Origin: Curvularia clavata
Lineage: Eukaryota
Direction of reading: 5' to 3'
Assembly (NCBI GenBank): GCA_023920165.1
Contig: CP089279.1
Coordinates: 2,728,001-2,792,000 of the forward strand
DNA: 64,000 nt
Shown: piece by piece, positions 50,618-61,883 of the stretch
Layout of the letters: each line of letters starts with the position of its first letter
Position numbering within the stretch: position 1 is the stretch's first letter
Program-made: the position numbers and the translations under genes
Notes under the pieces: model-generated
Seen by the model: the letters and a program-made list of their open reading frames with translations, nothing else
What the model was told of the DNA's origin: nothing
Databases searched by the model: none

Positions 50618-51224
50618 CTATGTTCGGTGCATGGTGCATCGGTCGAGGGCGTCGAGCAGTTCTGGGCGTTCTGCAAGGGCCTGGCGGGCCTGCGAGTAGC
50701 TGAACCAATTCCGATTGCGCTTGTGTTGCTCGGGCCACTGGGCCTCCTGCTTCTCGACGGTGGCTTCGAAGAAATGGTACGAGGCCTTTGGGGCGTGCGA
50801 GGTGAGCTGGTCGGGCCTGCGCTTTTCGGGGATGAGGCCGAGGTCGTAGTTGATTTTGCATATTATGCCGGCTTCTTCCCAGGCCTCGCGCTTGGCGGCG
50901 TCCTGGGCGGTTGCTTCGTCCGTCTCCCAGCCGCCTTTGGGGAGGACCCAGCCATTGCGTTTGGTGGACTGGATGAGCAAGACGTAGTACTTGTCGGCGG
51001 AGAGGGGGACGACACCGGCGACTAGGCGCTCGCCTTGGGAGCCGTAGCCTGGGGCCAATCAGCCAAGAGAAGACGTGACGAGTCGGCAAAAAACGGGGCA
51101 ACAAGAGCTGGGGCTGGATGACGATGCGGAGGGCGGAGGTGTGGGGGGTCGCGTGAGCAAAAGACTTACGTTGGTTCAGACGCCCAGTGCGCGACTGCAT
51201 CGACAGCTGCTGGGTCGCGGCCAT
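50618..51224 (-). CDS. DDP1: Diphosphoinositol-polyphosphate diphosphatase (Nudix) (2 exons)
   Basis: SRTGRLNQR|YGSQGERLVAG, Nudix box WVLPKGGWETDEATAQDAAKREAWEEAG, and WPEQHKRNRNW. Confidence 0.9.
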
Positions 51225-52005
51225 GTCGGGAGGGGGGATGCTTTGGTGGAGCGGGAGAGGAGGGATGGCTGGCTGGTGTGCAACTCAGTCGACGCGTGGG
51301 AGAGCAGAGGCGCGAGGCGGACGACGAGGGCAGGCGGTGAATGGAAATGAAGCCGAGCAAGCAGCGAGCGTTTGTGGCGGCGGGCGGTATGCCTAGGAGG
51401 AGCAGAGGGCAAAAAAAGGGGTGGCAAGGGGAGAGCAGAGGGAGCAGGCGGAGTGGGCTGAGCGAGGCTCAGTCCCGCGGGTGACGGGGCTGAGGAGGGT
51501 GGAGGAGCCTGTTGGCAGCAGAGAAGGGCGGCATGGTGGTGGATGGGGATGTTTTAGTAGGTGGTTCGGGTCAGGGACTTTTTTGCGTGGGAAACTAAGG
51601 GCTGGCTCGCGGAAGCGTCAGGGCTGTTGCCAAGGCCGGCCCTGTGCGCCCCGGCTGGCATTGCGTGAGGCTAGTCGAGACGATACAGACGACGACTCGG
51701 GTGCTTTTTGTGCGGCCATGGATGACGTACAGGCGCCCACTAGAAAGCGTCCAACGGGCCCCGTGTAGGCGCTGGCCAGGCTCCGTGGACGGCACAGCAC
51801 AGGACAGCACAGGACTGCACTGCACCGCACTGCACCGTGTGCGTGGGAATAGCTACGGTACATACAAGCCGGCTAGCACCCCGTCACCCGTCACCCATTG
51901 TCTCCTACATACCATACAGCGCAGGCTGCCCATTATTCATTGCCCTGACGGCCGTCGCCTGCCCCCGAACCCCCACCAGCCCACGACGACGCTTATGCTG
52001 CCCTC

Positions 52006-53839
52006 ATGCAGTCGAGTGTAACGCCCTACGGTACGAGCCACTCACTCTGCTCCCCTCCGCCCCGTGCCTGTCTGGCTGGGTGCTGGGCCTCGTCCGCCGC
52101 CCGCCAGTCCACCTCGGCACCCTGTCCGCCGCCAGAGCCAGACGACCCGCTGACCCTCGCTATCCAGGCTACAGCAGCGAGTCGTGCGGATACTGCAAAG
52201 ACGCCTCCCACGCCCGCAGGACTGCAAACTCGCGTACGTCGTCACCGCGCCCTGATGTTCTGTTAAGGTTGCCCCGCACTCGACTGCACCCAACTCTTGT
52301 CCTCGCCGCTCCTCTGCTGCCCCCAGTCCCAAACGGGACAAGCCGGGGCCACCAGCTAACCCCGCCCAATCAGGAGCCAGCTACTACTTTCTCTCCGAAG
52401 CCCTGACCGTCGACGTCTACCAGCTGCTCGTCGACCGCGGCTGGAGAAGGTATCTAGTATGCATCGAGCATCCCGCCCACTCATGCACTGACACGCCCAG
52501 ATCTGGCAACATCTTCTACAAGCCCGACGTCCTGCGGCACTGCTGTCCCCATTACACCATTCGGTACCCATCACTGGCCCCATGCACCCGACAAGCACTC
52601 ACTAACCCCACGCCAGCCTGCCTGCCGCCTCATTCAAGCCCTCCAAGGACCAACGCAGGGCCATCAACCACTGGAACGACCATGTCCTTGGCGAATCATA
52701 CATGAAAGACGCCGCTAGGCTCCACCCGCTGTCCAAAGAGTTGGTCCACCACAACCACCCACACCTGGGGCCCAGACTGATTGATCCATAGAGAAAAAGC
52801 TCGCTTAAAAAACACCTTTGACCTGGTTCGAGAGGTGCACAAGGCAGAGCTGCCCAATGTCAAACAACCACCAGAACCCGCCCATCGTTTCGAGGTGACG
52901 CTGGAGCCCGCAGACTTCTCGGCTGAAAAGTACGACCTCTTCAAGAACTACCAGCAGACTGTGCACAAAGAAAGCCCAGACGAGATATCCCAGGCCGGCT
53001 TCAAGCGCTTCTTGTGTTTGTCTCCACTCAAGCACACCTCACGCACTGTCAATGGCAAGGAGCAGCTGCTGGGTTCTTACCACCAATGCTACCGACTCGA
53101 TGGCCGTCTGATTGCAATGGGAGTGCTTGATCTGCTCCCCCACTGTGTCAGTGGCGTCTACATGCTGTACCACTCCGACTTTGCAGAGTGGCAATTTGGC
53201 AAACTGAGCGCCCTGCGTGAAGCCGCCCTTGCCCTTGAGGGAGGCTACGAGTATTACTACATGGGCTACTACATCCACTCATGCACAAAGATGAAGTACA
53301 AGGGCGACTACAAGACGCAGTATATCCTCGACCCAGAGTCATACGAGTGGCACCCCTTGGACGCCGAGTTGCGCAGTCTGCTCGACAAGAAAAAGTACGT
53401 GTCCATGTCGAGGGAGCGGCGAAGACAGGCAGAGAAAGCAGCTCAAAAAGACGAGGCCAGTGATGCAGATGCTGCAGAGCAGGACGACTACTCAGACTAC
53501 CCTCTTCCCACTGCCGCCCAGGCCGGAAAAGCAGTCAAAAAGGGAATGTCGCTGTTTGACCTCAAGGTTCCCGGCCTAATGACAGCCCAAGAGGTTGAAG
53601 AAAAGATAGATCTGGCTACCATGCCCATTCGCGTCGGCAACGGAACTGCAGAGCTCCAGGTACGCCGCCATGCCCTAGCAATACTTGCATTGTAAGATTG
53701 GGTGCTGATAGATTGACAGGACCTTGTTTCGTGGGAAACCAGTGATCTGAGAAACCCCCGGACCATCAAAGGCACGGTTGGCGAAATGTTGGCCGCCATG
53801 GGGCCCGAGGTGGCGTGGCAGATTGTGCTCCAGCTGTGA
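52006..53839 (+). CDS. ATE1: Arginyl-tRNA--protein transferase (multi-exon)
   Basis: SESCGYCK, YQLLVDRGWRRSG, CCPHYTIR, GSYHQCYRLDG, GKLSALRE and YYMGYYIHSCTKMKYK. The start exon is less certain. Confidence 0.9.
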
Positions 53840-54367
53840 CAGAATAGAATCGTGCATATACTCTCACCGATGAAGATGACGGGTGAAGCCGGCACGCAAG
53901 CAAAGCCAAACCATGCAAGACAATTCAAGATTATAGGTCCAATAGATCATCGCTCTACACTCAGCTGCTCAAGCCATGTCATCATTGTCTCTGATTTCTC
54001 CACACGTGGTGCATGTAGTGGTAAGGTTCTCTCCCACAATCAAAGTGAGCTCCTGTATGTGCAAAGAAGCTATCAACATAGCGAACATTGAACAACTGCG
54101 GCAACTACCGTTCCTTTGAACAGTAGAGTCGAGAATACTAGAGTATAGTAATCAATAAGTGACTGTGACAAATACAGCTACCTTTAGACGTAGATTCGCA
54201 CGTGTAAGCGATAGATAGTTGTGACAAATACAGCTATTTTTGAAAGTGGTGGTTTTGTGGTCTTGTGAAGCCAAGCTCCCCGATCGGCCGAGGCAACTCA
54301 ACCCTGGCCACAGGGCTCGAAAGTCCCACCCCAACACAAACACAAACATTTGCATCCGCACGCCGCA

Positions 54368-55425
54368 ATGTCGACCCCCCTCACAATCGTCGTGCGCCCT
54401 CGAGGTTAGTTCAATGCCAGCAGCACCGCCGAATCCAATCCTTCCTAGTCGTTGCCGCATTTTCCGAATGGCAGCAAATTGACCCCTCCTAGGCCGCCCG
54501 ATCAAGAACCTGCCCGAGACAATCACTGTCAACGCCGACGCCTCTGCCTCGCAGATCTTCGAGGAAATTGCAAAAGCCTCGCGATTCTCTATCCATCGCC
54601 TGCGAGTCACAAAGGGCAGCGATGGAACGCCCGTCCCCAACACAAAGGATGTTACGGTGCATGACACTGGCCTGAGAAACAAGAGCGCCGTCGACGTCAA
54701 GGACTTGGGTACGCAACAAAACATACTTTAGCTGCGGCCCGCTCATGACTTACCTTGTTTCAGGTCCCCAGATATCGTGGCGCACCGTCTTCATCGTCGA
54801 GTACCTCGGACCCCTCGTTATCCATCCGCTCATCTACTATGGGCGTCCCCTGATCTACGGCACCTCTGCGCCGCCTTCGCAGCTCCAGACACTCACGCTC
54901 GCCATGTGCGTATTCCACTTTGCTAAGCGCGAGTTTGAGACGCTCTTTATCCACCGCTTTTCGTCGGCTACCATGCCCGCCATGAACATTGTCAAGAACA
55001 GCGGTCACTACTGGCTTCTCTCCGGCTTCAACCTTGCATACTGGAGCTACAGTCCAAACAGCCCGGCTGCTGGGCGCTCCAACCCGCTCCTCACCTACCT
55101 GGGTCTTGCTCTGTTTGTCATTGGCGAACTGGGCAATTACAGCACACACGTCACACTAAAGAACCTCCGTCGTCCCGGAAGCACCGAGCGCGGCATCCCA
55201 CAGGGCTTGGGCTTCAATCTGGTGACATGTCCCAACTACATGTTCGAGTCCATGGCGTGGGTCGGCGTGGCCCTGGTCAACTTCAGCTTAGCCACTGTGC
55301 TCTTCATTGTTGTGGCCGTCGGACAGATGGGCGTGTGGGCGTGGAAGAAGGAGAGGAGGTATCGCAAGGAGTTTGGCGACAAGTACAAGCGCAAGCGGTA
55401 CGCCATCCTGCCAGGCATCTGGTAG
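54368..55425 (+). CDS. TSC13: Very-long-chain enoyl-CoA reductase (3 exons)
   Basis: Ubiquitin-like N-terminus, VKDL|GPQISWRTVFIVEYLGPL, KREFETLFIHRFS, NIVKNSGHYW and VTCPNYMFE. Confidence 0.92.
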
Positions 55426-56795
55426 AAAATTACATCACGCGATCCAGAGTGTGGAGATGGCTGGGCATGGTCGAATAGGCAGGTATCAAGTCTGCAGTGT
55501 GGTGACACGGCATGTTGACAGGCTGGCCCAGAGGCACAACAGAAAATAGGCTACTTGCAAGGCGGATTTGGTCAAGTGGAGGCCGCCAATACAAGATCGT
55601 CCCACGGCGACGGGATGGGGTAACAAGTCCGACAGCTATTTGGGGTCTGGATGTCTAGGGTAAATACACCGTGGCGTAAATAGTGTTTACGGTCTGTACA
55701 TTTCGTCCGTCCAGTAGTTTAGTAGCAATAGCAGATGAAGCGTATCGAGCGAAAAAAGGCGGCCAAACTAGGCACATGCCTTATGGAATACCACAATCAC
55801 AAGCCCTCTAGCTTTATCTCTGCCCTGCATATGGCTTGCTTTTTGGTTTTTTCTAGACCTACGGCCCTCCCGGCGCCAAACCGAGGCTTGCTGTGATGTG
55901 CCCCGCTCCTACGACTAAACAGAGTAGCGGCCGACACCAGCGCAGGACGAGTTGCGTGTTCCTCACCCCCTTTGGTTCCTTTGGTCCCTCTGGTGGTTGC
56001 AGAATTGCTCACCGGCGCCGAGAACATTTGGTTGCTGCCTAAGGATGCCAAATGCCGAGAAAAAAAAAGGCAGACCGACGGTTACAAGGCAATTGTCCAA
56101 GCAGAGTCACCACAGCCCCAGACCGGGGCGGTCAGCCCCCAAAATGCCGTATCAGTCTAGCACACAGCCATCAGCCGAACTGCTAATGGCGCCGCACCCA
56201 TTGGCTGCATTTCCCTTTTGCGGGATACGGCAGGCCCGTTCATGGCATGGGGTGGCTCAGCTGGGAGCCTTGACGGGCGGTTTGGCAGCTGCATGGCTTG
56301 AAACGATTGGAGAATGAGAGTGGAGCACACGTTCAGCCGCAGCCGCATGGTGCGCGGAAACAATTGCATACTACTACGTATGCATCCTTTTCTTCTGTCC
56401 TTCTTCGGCATATAAGACGGAGGCGCCGGCTCGAGGGGTCTGGTTCGTGGTACAGACCGTTGGGCACTGAACCAAACTCGTCACCTCTTTGTGTGTATTT
56501 TTGTTTAGTCGTTGCAGCACACGAAGAGTTATATACCCCTCGTTCGTCTTGCTTCTTCTTTTTTGGTTTTTCAATTGCAATTAGTTACAACAATACTTGC
56601 TACCGTTGCCCATTGTAGCAAGTTTCCCCCGAGTCGAGGCTTGTGACTTGCTCCTACCTCTTTAAAAGGTATGTAATTGCCTTTCTTCAGAACCCCGCCC
56701 CCACATCACCATAGATATCCTTAGATAGACATCCATAACACAATTCATCAACATCTTCAGACGCTATACATCTCTAATCACATCTATAGCACATC

Positions 56796-59700
56796 ATGTC
56801 CAACGCCACTGCAGAGGCCAAGGCGGCTTGGGACAGCCATGTCGATACTCGCACAGGCGCTGAGCCCCCCAAACCGGCCGATCCATCTGAGCTCCGCAAC
56901 TTACGCAACACCATCAGCACTCCATTCAAGGCTGCTGCCTCTCTAATTGGAGCTGTCAGAGCCCCTGTTCCAGACCAAACAGGCGATGGCTCCAAAATCC
57001 CCCCAGAAGAAAAGGCTACCCTCTACAAGAAGATCGAGGGTAGCCTTCGAGACATGTCTTACCTCGGAATCGAGGATGTCAAGTCATTGGTCGACATTCA
57101 GAAAGAGAAGATGTTGGGCGGCTACACTGACGACAAGACCTACCTCATGGAAGGCCTTATCCGGACCGCCGCTGCGCTTCCTGATGGTTCCAAGACACGA
57201 GATGCAGTCACTGGGCGATTTCTCGAACAGTTGTGGAATGACCTGCAGCATCCACCACAGTCGTATCTTGGTGCAAAATATCAATACCGATCCGCTGATG
57301 GATCCAACAATAGCCTTGTAAGCCCCCAGATAGGTGCAGCTGGCACGCCGTACGCCAGAACAGTAAAGCCGGCTATGATGCAGACTCCAGCGCGTCCGGA
57401 TCCCGGCGTTGTATTCGACAGTCTCATGACGAGAAAGCATGCAGAGCTGCACCCCAACAGAATCTCGAGTATGCTCTTCTATCTCGCCTCCATCATTATT
57501 CATGATTGTTTCCGCACAAGCCATGAGGACTACTCCATCTCCATGACATCATCTTATCTTGATCTCGCACCGCTGTATGGTAGCAACCAGGCCGAGCAAG
57601 ACATGATGAGGACCGGAAAGGACGGAAAGATCAAGCCTGATTGCTTTTCAGAGTCGAGGCTGCTGTTCTTCCCCCCTGGTGTTGGCGCGTTGCTGATCAT
57701 GTTTAACCGTTTCCACAACTACACTGTTGAGAATCTGGCGGCTATCAATGAGCAGGGCCGCTTCACCAAGCCGTCCGCCGAGGCACCAAAGCCTACTGGC
57801 GATGCCGAGGCCGATAAGAAGAGCAAGGACAAGTGGGACGCCGCATGGAAGAAGTACGACAATGACCTTTTCCAGACTGGCCGCCTCATTACTTGCGGTC
57901 TGTATGTCAACATTATCCTGATTGACTACGTCCGCACTATTCTGGACCTCAACCGCACCGACAGCAACTGGCAACTGAACCCCCGTGCCAACGTCGAGGG
58001 CCTGCCAATGGGCGTCGGCAACCAGGTCTCAGCGGAGTTCAACCTCGTATATCGATGGCACTCGACAGTGTCCGATCGCGATGAGAAGTGGACACAAGAG
58101 ATGTGGGATGGACTATTTGGCGAGGGACGCGACCCCAAGACTGTCGGTAAATACGAGTTCCTGGGCCGCTTAAACGAAGTCTACAAGAGGACTGATCCCG
58201 ATCCCTCGAAGCGAAAGTTTGCTGGCCTCGAGCGGAAGGAGGACGGCACATTGCCTGACCAGGGCCTGGTGGACATCTTGACCTCCAGTATCGAGGATTG
58301 TGCCAACTCTTTTGGGCCCAACAGAGTCCCTGCTGTGTTCCGTGCCATTGAAGTCCTCGGTATTGAGCAGGCACGCAGCTGGAACCTGGGCTCGCTCAAC
58401 GAGTTCCGAAAGTACTTTAAACTCGAGCCGCACAATACTTTCGAAGACATTACATCCGACAAGTATGCCCAAGAGCAGCTCAAACATCTCTACGACACTC
58501 CCGACGAGGTCGAAATCTATCCGGGTATCGTTGTTGAGGATGCAAAGCAGCCCATGGCTCCTGGCTCTGGTCTTTGCCCACCATACACGGTATCTCGTGC
58601 CGTCTTGTCGGACGCCGTGGCACTGGTCCGTGGTGACAGGTTCTACACACACGACTACAACCCACGTACCTTGACAAACTGGGGTTACAGTCTTGTCGAT
58701 AGCGACCTCGCCGTCGACAACGGCTGTGTATTCTACAAGCTCTTCCTGCGTGCCTTCCCACAGCACTTCAAACACAACAGTGTCTATGTGCACTACCCGC
58801 TCACTGTTCCTTCAGCGATGCAAGTAGCCCTCAAGGATCTCAAGAAAGACCATCTCTACGACTTCTCAAAACCAATGCCGACGCGCCATCCACATATGAT
58901 CAAGGAGTACAAGCTCGCGACGGAAGTCATGAAGGACCAATCCACGTTCAAGGTTGTCTGGGGAAAGGCCATGGAATACATCATGGGCTCTGCATCCGCT
59001 GACTTTATGCTTGCTGGTGATGGCCCCAAGAACGCTGCTTCTCGCCAGATGGTAAGCAAAGCCTTGTACGTCTCCGAGTGGGACAAGGAAGTGCGCGACT
59101 ACTATGCTCTCAAGACGCGTGAATTGCTGAAGAAAAAGAGCGCAAAGATTGCCGACTTCAACCAAGTTGACATTATCCGGGACGTTGGCAACCTCGCACA
59201 CGTACACTTTTGCTCTGAGCTGCTGATGCTGCCTCTCAAGACTGAAGAGCAGCCCAATGGCATCTTCACTGAAGCCGAACTGTACCTCATTTTTGCATCG
59301 GTCTTTGCCCTCATCTTCTTCGACGCCGATCCCGCCTCCTCGTTCCCTCTGCATGTCAAGGCCCACAAAGCGACTCAGATCCTCGGCAACATCATCGAGA
59401 CAAACGTCAAGGCCATTGCAAACAATGGCATTCTATCTAGCATCATACAAGCCATCTGGCCGCACGAAAGCAAACTCAAGAGCTACGGCAAGCACATGAT
59501 CAAGCGCCTGCTGGAGAGCGGCATGGACCCCAAGCAGCTCGTCTGGGGCCAGATTCTCGGCACCGCCGGCGGCATGGTCGCGAACCAAGGCCAACTCCTC
59601 TCTCAAATCCTCGAATACTACCTCACCGGGTCCGGCAAAAAGCACTGGCCCGAGATCCAGAAACTCGCCCAAGACGACAGCGAAGAAGCCTTCAAGACAC

Positions 59701-60233
59701 TCATGCACTACACCATGGAAGGCAGTCGTCTCAACGGCGAAACCGGCGTCATCCGTGCCGTAGCCAAAGAAACCTCACTCACCGAAGCCGGTAGGACAAT
59801 CAACCTGAAGCCAGGCGACGCCGTCTTCGTCAACCTCCGCACCGCCTCCCACGACGCAGCCGTGTTCCTCAACCCGGATGAAGTCGATCTCACGCGGCCC
59901 CTAGACTCCTACATCCACCTGGGCTACGGCCCCCACCAGTGTCTGGGTCTCCCCATGACGCGCGTGAGCCTAACAACCATGCTCAGAGAGGTAGCGAGGC
60001 TCAAGAATCTACGTCCCGCGCTGGGGCCACAGGGTAAAGTACACAAGGTACCGGTTAAGATGGCGCATGATGGTTCCGAGGAGAAGTACCAGTATCATGC
60101 GTACTTGACGGAGAATCAGAATATGTATTTCCCGTTCCCGTGTGGTGAGTTTTTCCTGATGTCTTACCCTTTGAGCTGGTCGGATAGTTTGCTAACGAGA
60201 TTTGCAGCTTTGAAAGTTTGCTGGGATGACTAG
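56796..60233 (+). CDS. Fatty-acid dioxygenase-cytochrome P450 fusion (Ppo / linoleate diol synthase type)
   Basis: IIIHD distal His, EFNLVYRWH, ANQGQ I-helix motif, EGSR and YGPHQCLG heme thiolate. Probable intron 60145-60207. Confidence 0.92.
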   Translation: MSNATAEAKAAWDSHVDTRTGAEPPKPADPSELRNLRNTISTPFKAAASLIGAVRAPVPDQTGDGSKIPPEEKATLYKKIEGSLRDMSYLGIEDVKSLVDIQKEKMLGGYTDDKTYLMEGLIRTAAALPDGSKTRDAVTGRFLEQLWNDLQHPPQSYLGAKYQYRSADGSNNSLVSPQIGAAGTPYARTVKPAMMQTPARPDPGVVFDSLMTRKHAELHPNRISSMLFYLASIIIHDCFRTSHEDYSISMTSSYLDLAPLYGSNQAEQDMMRTGKDGKIKPDCFSESRLLFFPPGVGALLIMFNRFHNYTVENLAAINEQGRFTKPSAEAPKPTGDAEADKKSKDKWDAAWKKYDNDLFQTGRLITCGLYVNIILIDYVRTILDLNRTDSNWQLNPRANVEGLPMGVGNQVSAEFNLVYRWHSTVSDRDEKWTQEMWDGLFGEGRDPKTVGKYEFLGRLNEVYKRTDPDPSKRKFAGLERKEDGTLPDQGLVDILTSSIEDCANSFGPNRVPAVFRAIEVLGIEQARSWNLGSLNEFRKYFKLEPHNTFEDITSDKYAQEQLKHLYDTPDEVEIYPGIVVEDAKQPMAPGSGLCPPYTVSRAVLSDAVALVRGDRFYTHDYNPRTLTNWGYSLVDSDLAVDNGCVFYKLFLRAFPQHFKHNSVYVHYPLTVPSAMQVALKDLKKDHLYDFSKPMPTRHPHMIKEYKLATEVMKDQSTFKVVWGKAMEYIMGSASADFMLAGDGPKNAASRQMVSKALYVSEWDKEVRDYYALKTRELLKKKSAKIADFNQVDIIRDVGNLAHVHFCSELLMLPLKTEEQPNGIFTEAELYLIFASVFALIFFDADPASSFPLHVKAHKATQILGNIIETNVKAIANNGILSSIIQAIWPHESKLKSYGKHMIKRLLESGMDPKQLVWGQILGTAGGMVANQGQLLSQILEYYLTGSGKKHWPEIQKLAQDDSEEAFKTLMHYTMEGSRLNGETGVIRAVAKETSLTEAGRTINLKPGDAVFVNLRTASHDAAVFLNPDEVDLTRPLDSYIHLGYGPHQCLGLPMTRVSLTTMLREVARLKNLRPALGPQGKVHKVPVKMAHDGSEEKYQYHAYLTENQNMYFPFPCGEFFLMSYPLSWSDSLLTRFAALKVCWDD

Positions 60234-61883
60234 GGGATGGATGGGACTGGTAGACGCAGTGGGGTTTCCTAGAGCGTTTTGTTGCTTGGATTCTAGGTGT
60301 CGGATCTAGCTATGTAAGAACATATGATTGCATGGGATGTCATATCAGGAAAGGGAAGGGAATACGGAGTATGTTTGGATATATCAGGGAAATCGGCGCA
60401 GGTATCGTCTTCGTTTCACTGTCTTTTTTTTTCGATGTTGTAGGTATAGGACAGGTTTTTTTTCTTATCCCTGGAACATATCTCCATCTGCATACGAGTA
60501 GGTAACTCCATAGTCGACGTTGCATTTGCTTGTATGTACTAGAAACTTTTCATCCATTGTACCATGAGGTCTCGCCTTACCGTCCCATCTGACGTTATAT
60601 CGCGACGTTAATGCCACGTAAAAGATACCGCTTCTATTTATAGGGCAGAAGGTATCTGTCCGTTTCCAAAAAGATTGGCTAACGTCCGTCACTGTGTAAC
60701 AGGGCACCCTGCGTGACAGGACGCCACCGACACTCCCAAACACAATAAACTCAACAACAGGTTAGAAGGACAGATATTCTTGGGATATTAGCCTCGATAT
60801 CTAAAGTTTATACGATCTTTATACGTTTTAGAAATAGATTCTACTTACCGTACAATATATGAATTGAGTAATCATAAGCGTTATATATCCACCTCACTTT
60901 AGCTAGTTAGCGGTAACTAGGTATATCAGAAACTTATATATCTCGACAAAAGTCCGTCAGCTTATAGCTTACTATATAATCATCCTATCCCGAGCATGGC
61001 ACTTAAACTTAAGAGGTTGTTATGCTTCTGTGATAATTCCAAGTCCGCCTGCTAGAAGTGCCAGACAAGGAGGTTCTGCACACCTAGCTCAAAGTAGTTT
61101 AGCTGTAATCTGTTGCTGCTGACACTAACTACATATATGGCCATGTAATAGCTGTGTGGCTGTGCGACGCTTTTGCGAAGCGCTCCGGGACACCCGAAAA
61201 CACCCCAACGTTTAGCTCGCGTCAACACATTCAGCGTGGAAACCGCAACTAGCTTCCAATACAGCTATTATGCCACTTCGAGAAGCAGTGCGATAGATAA
61301 CTATAGCTAATGCGAAAGTTTCTACGCCAAAGAGATAAATCATCGCGCCGCCCTCTAGCTCCGCAGACCCGCCGTTGATCCCTCATCTAACCCGCCACGT
61401 CCTTGTACTTCCCGATCACATCGCAACTGATACATACACTAAGCAGTAGCCGGATATTGCTTTACTTTATTTAAGAAGAATATCACGAGTTATGTAGCGT
61501 CTAAAGAACAAGTTGAGCCGGTTTTATATAGTGGGCATAACATAATACAGAATACCAAGACCCGAGTCTAGGCTTTAGCAAGCGGGGTGAGGGTTGCATA
61601 GGTTCAGCCTTGCACTACCACATTTAGTAGCTCGTGCCTTCAGCTCTGCCAGCCTGCTATGCTTCTGCCTTGTGCTGTTCAACTCATATCGTACTCCCAA
61701 ACATCATTTTCAGAAACGAAAGTAATGCTTATCTTCAATAGCTGAGAATTTGGTGCATATCCTCTTCCTACTACCCTTGTCGAGCTCTGTAGCTCTATAC
61801 TATCAGGGTCGGGTAATCTAGCCTCTAACCTCTTAGCCTTAGCCCCTCTAACTAATGGCGAAGTATTTCAGTGCAGGGTACAG

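Noticed and set aside
54368..60233. TSC13 next to Ppo as a lipid gene cluster
   Set aside because: TSC13 is a housekeeping elongation enzyme in a different pathway, so adjacency alone is not evidence.
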